NCBI GenBank assembly: GCA_963816355.1
Contig: CAWFKH010000005.1
Span: 256,001 to 320,000, forward strand
Direction: 5' to 3'
Length of the DNA: 64,000 nt
Source of the DNA: an uncultured Gemmatimonadales bacterium
GTDB taxonomy: Bacteria > Gemmatimonadota > Gemmatimonadetes > Longimicrobiales > RSA9
How positions within the stretch are numbered: position 1 is the first letter of the stretch; each line of letters opens with the position of its first letter. Made by a program: the position numbers and the translations under genes. The notes under the pieces were generated by a model, which saw nothing but the letters and a program-made list of their open reading frames with translations, was not told the DNA's origin and ran no database searches. Below, one piece after another: positions 27,569-36,644 of the stretch.

Positions 27569-29236
27569 ATGGCCGGCGACTCCTTCGCAGGACGCTATCA
27601 ACTCCTCAAGCAGGTGACCTCCGGACCCGTCCGGACCCACCACGCGCTCGCCGATACCGGCGCCGTCGTGATGGTCCATTTCCTCGACGGCGACGACGCC
27701 GCGAACCGCGCCGTTCTCGAGCGCGTCCGCGGCCTCACCGGCGAGAAGGCCGAGCGCGTCGTCGAGGTCGTCGACGAGGGCGGCGTCCCCGCCGTCGTCA
27801 CCCGCTTCATCATGGACTTCCACGACCTCGACGCATGGCTCGGCGAGGCGCGGACCGCGCCGCCAACCGCCGAGGCCGGGCCAGCCGGCGGCGCCGACAT
27901 CGGCTTCACCGCGCTCTTCCAGGCTCCGGGGGAGACCGCGGGCCAGCCCGACGCGGAGGCCGCGGGAGCGTCGCCCGAGGCCCCGGCGGAGCCGCCGCCC
28001 GCGCCATCACCAGCTCCCCCCGTCCCCGAGCCGCGCGGCGAGTTCACCGGCCTCTTCCGGACGCCGCCGCCCGCGGGCGAGCCCGCCGCGGCCGGGCCGG
28101 CCGCCGATTCCGGCGCCGCGACCGAGGCGCCCGCGAGGGAGCCGCCCGCGGCCGAGCCCCCCGCGAAGGAGCCGCCGGCCACGGAGCCGCCCACGGCCGA
28201 GCCCCCCGCGAAGGAGCCCGGCGAGTTCACGCGGCTCTTCCAGGCGCCCGACCTCCGCGCCGCCGCCAGCGAGGCGGAGCCCTCCGGTGCGGCCACGCCA
28301 TCCGCGCCCCCGCCCCCGCCGCCACCATCCGCGCCGCCCGCGCCACCGTCCGCCCCGTCCGCGCCGCCACCCGCGCCGCCTGCGCCGCCGTCCGCGCCGC
28401 CGCCTGCGCCGTCCGCGCCGCCTGCGCCGTCCGCGCCCGCCACGCCGCCACCGCCGCCCCCGGTGCCGCCGCCGGCGGACGCACCCGGCTCCCCGCCCTC
28501 TCCACGAGAGCCGGGCGAGTTCACCCGCATGTTCGGCAGGCCGGCGCCCCCGAGCGACGCGCCTCCGCCGACCTCCCCGCCGCCGCTGCGGGAGCCGCCG
28601 CCTGCGCCACCGCCCCCGGCCGACGCGCCTCCGCCGCCGGCCCCCGCATCCGGAGGCGAGGCGCCGTCGCCGCCGGATGGGTTCACCGAGCTGTTCTCCA
28701 CGGGCGGCGAGCCGCGGCCGGGGGGACGGGAGTCGCGGGGTACCGGCCGCTTCACGCAGCTCTTTCGCCGCCCGGGCCTGCCGCCGGAGCCGCCGCCGAG
28801 GGCGCCGCAGCCGCCGCCACAGGCGCCTCCCTCCGGAGGGGGACGCCCGCTGTTCGACGCGGAAAGCGACTATCTGTCGCGGCTGAACGCCCCGCCCGGC
28901 TCGACGGAGCGGTCCGCTTCCGCGCCTCCGCGCGAAGTTTCCGCGCCTCCCGGCGCGCGAGCCCCGTCGCCGCCGGTGGAGGGCTACGGCCGGCCCGCTC
29001 CGCCCCCGCCGCCCCCACCGCCGCCACCGCGCTCGGGCGGCCCGGGCTCCTTCACGCAGGTGATCCGCGGCTACTCGGCGCCCGCGCCGAAGGAGCCGCC
29101 GGCGCCGCGCAGCGCTCCGCCGTGGCAGGGCCAGGCGCCGGGCCGTCCGTCGAACCGGCGGTTCTACATCGGCATTGCGGCGGTCGCGCTCGCCGCGATC
29201 GCGCTCATCGTCGTCCTCGCGGTGCTCGCCCACTGA
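27569..29236 (+). CDS. Hypothetical Pro-rich tail-anchored protein with seven F-T-x-x-F/I motifs
   Basis: About 90-aa globular N-terminus resembling a degenerate kinase N-lobe, a long Pro-rich region and a C-terminal TM. Confidence 0.8.
   Translation: MAGDSFAGRYQLLKQVTSGPVRTHHALADTGAVVMVHFLDGDDAANRAVLERVRGLTGEKAERVVEVVDEGGVPAVVTRFIMDFHDLDAWLGEARTAPPTAEAGPAGGADIGFTALFQAPGETAGQPDAEAAGASPEAPAEPPPAPSPAPPVPEPRGEFTGLFRTPPPAGEPAAAGPAADSGAATEAPAREPPAAEPPAKEPPATEPPTAEPPAKEPGEFTRLFQAPDLRAAASEAEPSGAATPSAPPPPPPPSAPPAPPSAPSAPPPAPPAPPSAPPPAPSAPPAPSAPATPPPPPPVPPPADAPGSPPSPREPGEFTRMFGRPAPPSDAPPPTSPPPLREPPPAPPPPADAPPPPAPASGGEAPSPPDGFTELFSTGGEPRPGGRESRGTGRFTQLFRRPGLPPEPPPRAPQPPPQAPPSGGGRPLFDAESDYLSRLNAPPGSTERSASAPPREVSAPPGARAPSPPVEGYGRPAPPPPPPPPPPRSGGPGSFTQVIRGYSAPAPKEPPAPRSAPPWQGQAPGRPSNRRFYIGIAAVALAAIALIVVLAVLAH
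28139..28470 (+). repeat. Coding repeats EPPA(A/K/T) (15 bp) and PSAPPA
   Basis: Visible tandem repeats in both DNA and protein. Confidence 0.8.
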
Positions 29237-29317
29237 CCGGCGGAACGCCGCGGCGCGGACCGCTCCGCACTCGCGGATCGGCACCGGCGGCGGCGCGGTG
29301 CCGGCGGGCGCGCGGCG

Positions 29318-30679
29318 TCAGCCGTCGTTCGGCGGCAGGACGACGATCAGCTCTAGCTTCGGGTCGGGGAAGTCCGAGGGGACGTAGACGGCGAGGTTGC
29401 GCGCGCGGCGCACCGCTTTCCAGTCGTCGACGGAGGGGTCGAGCTCGAAATACTGGTGGTCGAGCTTGATGGGGATCTCGGAGGGCGGCGAGGCGGCGTG
29501 GCGGAGGGGGACGCCGGGCAGGGCCTGCTTGATCAGGCGCTCGATCTGATCGGCCGAGCTCACCTTGAGGAGCTGCGGCGCGCGGCGGATCAGCGCGGCG
29601 CGGTCGACGCCGGCCTGCACGGCGAGGAAGAAGCGACGCCCCTCGAAGTAGCGGTCCTGGTCGATGGCGGTGGCGTGGATCGCCGGCTCGGTGGGCCGCA
29701 GCGGCAGCGCGGCGTAGTTGGTCGGCACGACGGTCTCGAGCAGGTGGCGGACCATCTCGTCGAGGCGGGTGAAGCAGGCGGTCAGGTCGGTGTGGTCGTA
29801 GGCGGGAAGGTCGCGCGGCTGGATCGAGGAGGAGAAGGTGGTGAGCGCGCCCGTCAGCTCGCTCATCGTCTCGAACAGCTCGACCGGGTGGCCGCGTCTC
29901 ACCTCGAAGGTGTGCCGCAGCTCCGGCAGGTAGGTGTTGACCGTGTAGAGCAGCCAGAAGTTGGCGATGTCGGAGACGCCGAAGTCCGCGAGCCCCTGGC
30001 TGCGCTGGCGTCGCATGCCGCCGAGCGTGGCGCTGCGCGCGGAAAGCAGCTCGACCAGGCGACGGTTGAGGGAGAGCAGGTACTCGCTGGCGCCGATGTC
30101 GACGAGCGGCGGAACGAAGTGCGGGTCGAGGTCCCATTCGCCGGTCGCGGAGCGGACGACGCGGGCCAGCGGCAGCGTCGCGCTCCCCTCGAGCGGCTCG
30201 TCGCCGCCGAGCAGACGCAGGTTCTTGCGCGCGAGCAGGATCGGCTTCTCGGCCTGGCCGGTGTTCTCGTCCCGGCGCAGCGCCGGCTCCGCGACGTAGC
30301 GCGTCGCGGCGGGCCGCCCCTGGAGGGACACGTTGTGGCCGCCGGCACGGTGCTCGGGGACGGCGAGGTGGACCGTCACGGCGTCGGCATCGCCGCCCGG
30401 CCACACTTCTTCGAGCGGGCGCGGCGGCGGCGGCTCGTCGGCCTCGGGGATGTCGAAGAGGAGGCCGTCCGGGAAAACGCCGGCGGCGTCCGCGAGCGCG
30501 AGGCGGCCGGCGGCGAGCGCCTCGCGGTCGATCTCCAGCCGCGCAAAGCCCCACGGGCAGAAGGAGAGGGCGGCGAGCCGGAACTGGAGCAGCTCCTCGT
30601 GGAAGCGGTCCTGCGCCTGCAGGTGCTGCGGCGACAGCAGCACGCCCTTCGTCCACAGCACGTTCTGCAGCTGCCTCAT
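29318..30679 (-). CDS. tssK: T6SS baseplate subunit TssK (copy 2)
   Basis: VLWTKGVLLSPQHLQAQD, GVFPDG, FVPP, HPVELF, YDHTDL and ALPGVPL...YFEL. Confidence 0.94.
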   Translation of the reverse strand: MRQLQNVLWTKGVLLSPQHLQAQDRFHEELLQFRLAALSFCPWGFARLEIDREALAAGRLALADAAGVFPDGLLFDIPEADEPPPPRPLEEVWPGGDADAVTVHLAVPEHRAGGHNVSLQGRPAATRYVAEPALRRDENTGQAEKPILLARKNLRLLGGDEPLEGSATLPLARVVRSATGEWDLDPHFVPPLVDIGASEYLLSLNRRLVELLSARSATLGGMRRQRSQGLADFGVSDIANFWLLYTVNTYLPELRHTFEVRRGHPVELFETMSELTGALTTFSSSIQPRDLPAYDHTDLTACFTRLDEMVRHLLETVVPTNYAALPLRPTEPAIHATAIDQDRYFEGRRFFLAVQAGVDRAALIRRAPQLLKVSSADQIERLIKQALPGVPLRHAASPPSEIPIKLDHQYFELDPSVDDWKAVRRARNLAVYVPSDFPDPKLELIVVLPPNDG

Positions 30680-30836
30680 CGCGACCTCTTCCCCGTGCCG
30701 TCCGTCTCCGCCGCCGGCCCGTCCCGCTCTCGCCGGCTGCAAGCGCCCCTAAGTTGGCCGCCCACCGTGCGCGCGGGCAAGGCGGAAGAGGCGGTGGTGC
30801 GCGGAGCAGGCTCGCGCGCCGCGGAGTTCGGGTCGG

Positions 30837-30920
30837 GCCGACGCGGGGCCGCGCCGCGCCGACGCGGGGCGCGCGCGGCGGCGGCGGCACTTGACAGTCC
30901 GGCGGGACGCCGCAGATAAT
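30837..30920 (+). promoter_or_regulatory. sigma70 promoter TTGACA-N18-GATAAT for the tssB arm, with an upstream 13-bp direct repeat
   Basis: Perfect -35 at 30891-30896, -10 at 30915-30920, and gccgacgcggggc at 30837 and 30858. Confidence 0.65.
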
Positions 30921-31028
30921 GCGGAACGGTTTCGCCCCTCGATCGAGACCGCCCCCTACAGCATTCCCCAGCCGGACGGCCCAGACCATGGGGACGCCAG
31001 TTCAGACTCGCTGAACAGGAGCTCCGCA

Positions 31029-31553
31029 ATGCCCGAAAGCATCCACCGCAAGCTCGAACGCGTCCGAGCACCGCGCGTCCACATCACGTACGACGTCGAG
31101 GTCGGTGACGCGATCCAGATGAAGGAGCTCCCCTTCGTCATGGCGGTCCTGTCGGACTTCACCGGTCAGCCGGAGGAACCGCTCGCGCGGCTGAAGGATC
31201 GCAAGTTCGTCGAGGTCACGCCCGACAACTTCGACGACGTGCTCAAGAGCATGAAGCCGCACATCGCGTTCAAGGTGGACAACACGCTGTCGGACGAGCC
31301 GGACGCCGGGAAGATCGGCGTCGACCTGCGCTTCGAGAGCCTCGACGACTTCTCTCCCGAGCGCGTCGCCCAGCAGGTCGATCCGCTGCGCAAGCTGCTC
31401 GAGCTGCGCCAGCAGCTCGCGGACCTGCGCGGCAGCCTCCAGGGCAACGACAAGCTCGAGGAGATCCTGCAGGCGACGGTCAACGACGCGGCGCGGTTGA
31501 ACCGCATTCAGAAGGAACTCGAATCCGACGGAGCTTCCGATGGCGAATCCTGA
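31029..31553 (+). CDS. tssB: T6SS sheath small subunit TssB
   Basis: RAPRVHITYDVE, KELPFVM, FESLDDFSPE. Confidence 0.97.
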   Translation: MPESIHRKLERVRAPRVHITYDVEVGDAIQMKELPFVMAVLSDFTGQPEEPLARLKDRKFVEVTPDNFDDVLKSMKPHIAFKVDNTLSDEPDAGKIGVDLRFESLDDFSPERVAQQVDPLRKLLELRQQLADLRGSLQGNDKLEEILQATVNDAARLNRIQKELESDGASDGES

Positions 31554-33024
31554 AGCCAAGGCCCAGCAGGCGGCCGCGGCGGAGACGACCGAGGTCAGTC
31601 TCCTCGACCAGATCGTCGACCAGGGGCGGTTCGGCAAGGAGAGCGCCTCGCGCGATCGCGGCCGCAACCTGATCAAGCGCTTCGTCTCGGAGGTGCTCGA
31701 GGGCACGATCACCGTGCACCCGGACACCGAGTCGATGCTCAACGCGCGCATCGCGGAGATCGACCGCCTCCTCTCGCTGCAGCTCAACGAGATCCTGCAC
31801 CACCCGGAGTTCCAGCGGCTCGAAGGCACGTGGCGCGGGCTCAAGTACCTGCTCGGCCAGACCGAGACGAGCACGATGCTGAAGATCCGCGTGCTCAACG
31901 TGAAGAAGAACGAGCTGCTCAAGGATCTGCAGAAGGCGCCCGAGTTCGACCAGAGCGCCCTCTTCAAGAAGGTCTACGAGGAGGAGTACGGCGTCTTCGG
32001 CGGCGACCCCTTCGGCGCCATCATCGGCGACTACGACTTCGGCCGCGGTCCGCAGGACATCGAGCTCCTCGAGAAGGTCTCGCAGGTCGCCGCCGCGGCG
32101 CACGCGCCGTTCCTCACCGCGGCCGCGCCCGAGATGTTCAACCTCGAGGACTACACGCAGCTCGACGCGCCGCGCGACCTGGCCAAGATCTTCGAGAGCA
32201 CCGAGTACGCGAAGTGGAAGGCGTTCCGCGACAGCGACGACTCGCGCTACGTCGCGCTGACGGCGCCGCGCATGCTGCTGCGCGAGCCGTACGGCCGCGA
32301 CACCGTGCCGGTCGAGGCGTTCGACTACAACGAGGGCGTCGACGGCACCGACCACGGCCGCTACCTGTGGGGCAACTCCGCGTGGGCGCTCGGCGCGCGC
32401 GTCACGCAGGCGTTCGGCAAGTACGGCTGGTGCGCGACGATCCGCGGCGTGGAGAGCGGCGGCCTCGTGGAGGGTCTGCCGGTCCACAACTTCCGCACCG
32501 ACGAGGGCGACGTCGCGATGAAGTGCCCGACCGAGGTGCCGATCACCGACCGCCGCGAGAAGGAGATGGCGGACCTCGGCTTCGCGCCGCTGGTGCACTG
32601 CAAGGGGACGCCGAACGCGGCCTTCTTCAGCGTGCAGTCCGCGCAGAAGCCGAAGGTGTACGACAACGACGCCGCGACCGCCAACGCCCGCATCTCGGCG
32701 CAGCTGCCCTACATCTTCGCCGTGTCGCGCTTCGCCCACTACCTGAAGTCGATGATGCGCGACAAGATCGGCGGCTTCACCTCGCGCGTGGAGACGGAGC
32801 GGTTCCTCAACAACTGGATCAACAACTACACGATCGCCAACGACGACGCCGGCTTCGAGCTGAAGGCGAAGCACCCGCTGAAGCAGGCGCGCGTCGAAGT
32901 GATGGAGATCCCCGGGAAGCCGGGCGCCTACCGCGCCGTCGCCTTCCTGAGGCCGCACTTCCAGCTCGACGAGCTCAACGTCTCGCTGCGACTCGTCGCC
33001 GACCTGCCGCAGGCGGCGAAGTAG
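31540..33024 (+). CDS. tssC: T6SS sheath large subunit TssC
   Basis: QLNEILHHPEFQRLEGTWRGL, LFKKVYEEEYG, KCPTEVPITDRRE, RPHFQL. Confidence 0.98.
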   Translation: MANPEAKAQQAAAAETTEVSLLDQIVDQGRFGKESASRDRGRNLIKRFVSEVLEGTITVHPDTESMLNARIAEIDRLLSLQLNEILHHPEFQRLEGTWRGLKYLLGQTETSTMLKIRVLNVKKNELLKDLQKAPEFDQSALFKKVYEEEYGVFGGDPFGAIIGDYDFGRGPQDIELLEKVSQVAAAAHAPFLTAAAPEMFNLEDYTQLDAPRDLAKIFESTEYAKWKAFRDSDDSRYVALTAPRMLLREPYGRDTVPVEAFDYNEGVDGTDHGRYLWGNSAWALGARVTQAFGKYGWCATIRGVESGGLVEGLPVHNFRTDEGDVAMKCPTEVPITDRREKEMADLGFAPLVHCKGTPNAAFFSVQSAQKPKVYDNDAATANARISAQLPYIFAVSRFAHYLKSMMRDKIGGFTSRVETERFLNNWINNYTIANDDAGFELKAKHPLKQARVEVMEIPGKPGAYRAVAFLRPHFQLDELNVSLRLVADLPQAAK

Positions 33025-33124
33025 GCCGGTCGCGGCGCCGCGCGCCCGACCGCTCACGCTCATCGCCCGCCGCTGAACGGCGGCGGGTCAACGGCTCTGG
33101 AAGTAGCTACGAAAGGGGTGGCTG

Positions 33125-33607
33125 ATGGCAGCGGATGTGTTCATCAAGATCGACGGCATCGACGGTGAGTCCACCGACGACAAGCACAAGGGCGAGATCG
33201 AGGTGCTGAGCTGGTCGCTCGGGTCGCAGCAGACGGGCACCCAGTCGATGGGCGGCGGCGGCGGTGCCGGCAAGGTCCACTACAGCGACCTCACCTTCTC
33301 GATGTACGTCAACAAGTCGAGCCCGAAGCTGCTGCTGGCGTGCTCCACGGGGGACCACATCAAGTCCGCGGTGCTCGTGGCGCGCAAGGCGGGCGGTGAG
33401 CAGCAGGAGTACATGACGGTCACGCTCAGCGACGTGCTGGTCACCTCCTACTCCACCGGCGGCAGCGGCGGCGGCGAGCTTCCGGTCGAGAGCATCTCGC
33501 TGAACTTCGGCAAGATCGAGTTCGAGTACAAGCCGCAGAAGCCGGACGGCACGCTCGATTCCCCGGTCAAGACCGGCTGGGACCTGAAGGCGAACAAGAA
33601 GGTCTGA
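33125..33607 (+). CDS. hcp: T6SS tube protein Hcp (TssD)
   Basis: FIKIDGIDGESTDDKHKGEIEVLSWS...SSPKL...ESISLNF...GWDLKANK. Confidence 0.98.
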   Translation: MAADVFIKIDGIDGESTDDKHKGEIEVLSWSLGSQQTGTQSMGGGGGAGKVHYSDLTFSMYVNKSSPKLLLACSTGDHIKSAVLVARKAGGEQQEYMTVTLSDVLVTSYSTGGSGGGELPVESISLNFGKIEFEYKPQKPDGTLDSPVKTGWDLKANKKV

Positions 33608-33626
33608 GGGGACGGACGACGCGCGC

Positions 33627-34340
33627 ATGAACGCCACCGAGCTCTACCAGGCGGGTCAGCTGGACGAGGCGATCGACGCCCTCGGCGCCGCCCTGCGCGA
33701 GAATCCCTCGGACGCGCGTCGTCGCACCTTCCTCTTCGAGCTGCTCTGCTTCGCCGGGCGCTGGGATCGCGCCGAAAAGCAGCTCGACGTCCTCGCCGCC
33801 GAGGACCACGACGCGGAGATGGGCGCCCTGCTCTACCGCGGCGCGCTGCACGCGGAGCGGCTGCGTGCCGGGATTTTCGGCGAGGGCGGCATGCTGCCTT
33901 CGACGGCGGCGGCGCCGCCGGTCGCGGGCACCGTCAACGGCACGCGCTACGAAGCGATCCGCGATGCCGATCCGCGCATCGGCGGCCGGCTGGAGCTGTT
34001 CGTCGCCGGGCAGTACACGTGGCTGCCGCTCACGCACGTCGCCGCCGTGCGCATCGAGCCGCCGAAGCGCCTGCGGGACCTGCTGTGGACGCCCGCCGTG
34101 GTGCAGCCGGCCGAGGAGTTCCGCGAGATGGAGCTCGGCGAGGTGCTCATGCCGGTGCTGACGCCGCTGGCGTGGCGGCACGCGGAGCCCGCCGTGCGTC
34201 TGGGCCGCCTCACCGACTTCGAGCCGCTCGCCGGCGGCGGTGAGGCGCCGGTCGGACAGAAGCTGCTGTTGCTGGACGACGAGGAGCTGCCGATCCTCGA
34301 ACTGCGGGAGCTGTGGGTCGAGCGAGACGAACCCGCGTGA
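33627..34340 (+). CDS. tagJ: T6SS accessory TagJ (ImpE/SciE)
   Basis: LFELLCFAGRWDRAEKQL, DADPRIG, Y.W.P, LRDLLW.P, GQK. Confidence 0.9.
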   Translation: MNATELYQAGQLDEAIDALGAALRENPSDARRRTFLFELLCFAGRWDRAEKQLDVLAAEDHDAEMGALLYRGALHAERLRAGIFGEGGMLPSTAAAPPVAGTVNGTRYEAIRDADPRIGGRLELFVAGQYTWLPLTHVAAVRIEPPKRLRDLLWTPAVVQPAEEFREMELGEVLMPVLTPLAWRHAEPAVRLGRLTDFEPLAGGGEAPVGQKLLLLDDEELPILELRELWVERDEPA

Positions 34341-34345
34341 CCCCG

Positions 34346-36169
34346 ATGTCCTCCACAGCGGATCTGCTGGCCCCGATCCCCGGCGACGAGCCCGCCGGCC
34401 CCTACCTGCGTTACGACCCGGTCTACGACGAGATCAAGGAAGCGCGCCGGGAGGACCCGGACCTGCCGCAGGGCGCGTGGGAGACCTCGCGCAAGACGGC
34501 CGATTGGCCGCGCGTGGTGGCCCTGGCGGAGGAGGTGCTCCGCAGGCGCTCGAAGGATGTGCAGGTCGCGGCCTGGCTGACCGAAGCGGCGCTGCACCGG
34601 GAGGGCTTCGCCGGCCTGCGCCGCGGACTCGAGCTGCTGCGGGACCTCCTCGAGGGTTTCTGGGACGGCGTACACCCCGAGATCGACGACGGCGATGCGG
34701 AGATGCGGGCGGGGCCGCTCGATTGGGTGGGCGGCAAGCTCGACGTGGCGGTGCACCTGGCGCCGATCGACGGCGAAGGCCACTCCCTCTTCGACTACCG
34801 GCAATCGCGCACCGTGCCCACGCGCGAGGAAGCGGAATCCGACAGCGGCAAGGAGGAGGCGCGCGGCCGCGCGGTCGAGGAGGGCCGCCTGACGCCGGAG
34901 GAGTTCGACGCCGGCTTCGGCGGGACGTCGAAGGCATGGTACTCGCAGCTCGTCGAGGACCTCGACGCGTCGCTCACGGCGATCGACGATCTCGACCGCA
35001 TCGGCGACGAGCGTTTCGGCGACGTGGCGCCGAGCTATCTGCCCCTGCGCGACGCGATCCGCGAGGTGCGCCAGCTCGCGGGCCAGTTGCTCGCGCGCAA
35101 GCAGGTGCTCGAGCCGGACGCCGGGGAGGATCCTTCGGACGCGGGCGATCCGGCGGCGGCGGGCGGCGCGGCCGACCCGGCCGCCGACGCTCGAAGCGGC
35201 ACCGGCCCTCGCGCCGGCGCGGCCGCCGCACCGGCCCCCTCGGCCACGCCGCGCTCGGCGGACGAGGCGGCGCGCTGGATCGCCGCCGCCGCGGCCTACC
35301 TGCGCGCCCAGGATCCCACCAGCCCGGCGCCGTACCTGATGCTGCGCGGCTTCCGCTGGGGCGAGCTGAGGGCGTCCGGTCCCGTGCTCGACCCGAGGCT
35401 GCTGGCGGCGCCGACGACCGAAGTGCGCACGCGGCTCAAGACGATGCTGCTCGACGGCCGCTGGCCGGAGCTGCTGGCGGCGTGCGAGGAGGTGATGGCG
35501 GCGCCGCAGGGGCGGGGCTGGCTCGACCTGCAGCGCTACGAGCTCACCGCGGTGGACGGCCTGGGTGCGGAGTACGAAGGCGTCGCGGACGCGCTGCGCG
35601 GGGCGCTGCACACGCTGCTGCGGGATGTGCCGACGCTCCCCGACGCGACGCTGATGGACGACTCGCCCACGGCGAACGCGGAGACGCGGGCGTGGCTGCA
35701 GGCGGAGGGGCTGCTCGACGGCGAGGCGCCGGCGCCCGCGCCGGAGCGGGCGCCGCGGCAGGAGAGCGGCGATGCGCTGCACCGTCGCGCGATGGAGCGG
35801 CTGCGCGGCGGCGAGCCGCAGAAGGCGATCGAACTGCTGATGCGCGCGGCAACGCAGGAGAAGAGCGACCGCGCCCGCTTCCTGCGCCGGTCCGAGGCCG
35901 CGGCGATCATGGTCGAGCGGGGGCTGGAGGCGATCGCCATGCCGATCCTGCAGGAGATGATGGAGCAGATCGATCGGCACCAGCTCGAGGAGTGGGAGGC
36001 GGGCGAGACGATCGCCCACCCGCTCGGCCTGCTCTTCCGCTGCATCAAGCGCCTCGACGGCGACAGCTCGCTGCGCGAGCAGCTCTACCTGCGCGTCTGC
36101 CGGCTCGACCCGCTCCAGGCGATGCAGATCACGGCGGGCGAGGCGGGTGATGAGCAGCCGTCGCAGTGA
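34346..36169 (+). CDS. tssA: T6SS TssA (long form: ImpA_N plus VasJ-type domains)
   Basis: LLAPIPGDEPAG..LRYDP.YD.I.EAR, ADWPRV, SKD, FWD..HP; C-terminal RARFLRR...LEEWE. Confidence 0.92.
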   Translation: MSSTADLLAPIPGDEPAGPYLRYDPVYDEIKEARREDPDLPQGAWETSRKTADWPRVVALAEEVLRRRSKDVQVAAWLTEAALHREGFAGLRRGLELLRDLLEGFWDGVHPEIDDGDAEMRAGPLDWVGGKLDVAVHLAPIDGEGHSLFDYRQSRTVPTREEAESDSGKEEARGRAVEEGRLTPEEFDAGFGGTSKAWYSQLVEDLDASLTAIDDLDRIGDERFGDVAPSYLPLRDAIREVRQLAGQLLARKQVLEPDAGEDPSDAGDPAAAGGAADPAADARSGTGPRAGAAAAPAPSATPRSADEAARWIAAAAAYLRAQDPTSPAPYLMLRGFRWGELRASGPVLDPRLLAAPTTEVRTRLKTMLLDGRWPELLAACEEVMAAPQGRGWLDLQRYELTAVDGLGAEYEGVADALRGALHTLLRDVPTLPDATLMDDSPTANAETRAWLQAEGLLDGEAPAPAPERAPRQESGDALHRRAMERLRGGEPQKAIELLMRAATQEKSDRARFLRRSEAAAIMVERGLEAIAMPILQEMMEQIDRHQLEEWEAGETIAHPLGLLFRCIKRLDGDSSLREQLYLRVCRLDPLQAMQITAGEAGDEQPSQ

Positions 36170-36644
36170 GCCGCCACCGCTGCGGCCGTCGGTCCTCGAC
36201 CGCCTGATCGACGACGCGCCGGGCGTCGGCGATGCCACGCCCGATCGCGCCGAATCGCTGCGGGCCCACAAGCGGGCGCTGCTGCGCGACCTCGACTGGC
36301 TGCTCAACACGCGCCAGATCGCGGAGCCCGCCGACGACATGTTTCCCGAAGTGCAGCGCTCGCTCTACCACTACGGGCTGCCGGACATCACGTCGCTGAG
36401 CGGCGATTCGAAGACCGTCCGCCGCCGGCTCCTGCGCAACGTCGAAGAGTGCATCCGCCTCTTCGAGCCGCGCCTCACCGGCGTGCGCGTCTCCTTCGCG
36501 GAGGCCGCCGCCGACGCTCGCGGCGTCCACTTCGTCATCGAGGGGATGCTGCAGATGGAGCCGGAGCCGCAGCGCATCGCGTTCGACACGGTGCTCGAGA
36601 CGGCGAGCGGGGAGTTCCACGTGGGCGACGACGCGCATGCGTGA
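36147..36644 (+). CDS. tssE: T6SS baseplate TssE (gp25-like)
   Basis: PSVLDRLID, RDLDWLLNTR, YGLPD, FEPRL. Confidence 0.95.
   Translation: MMSSRRSEPPPLRPSVLDRLIDDAPGVGDATPDRAESLRAHKRALLRDLDWLLNTRQIAEPADDMFPEVQRSLYHYGLPDITSLSGDSKTVRRRLLRNVEECIRLFEPRLTGVRVSFAEAAADARGVHFVIEGMLQMEPEPQRIAFDTVLETASGEFHVGDDAHA

Noticed and set aside
27598..28755. Gly-rich minus-strand ORF resembling a PE-PGRS/collagen-like protein
   Set aside because: It is the mirror of the Pro-rich plus-strand gene, which has a promoter, conserved motifs and a TM.
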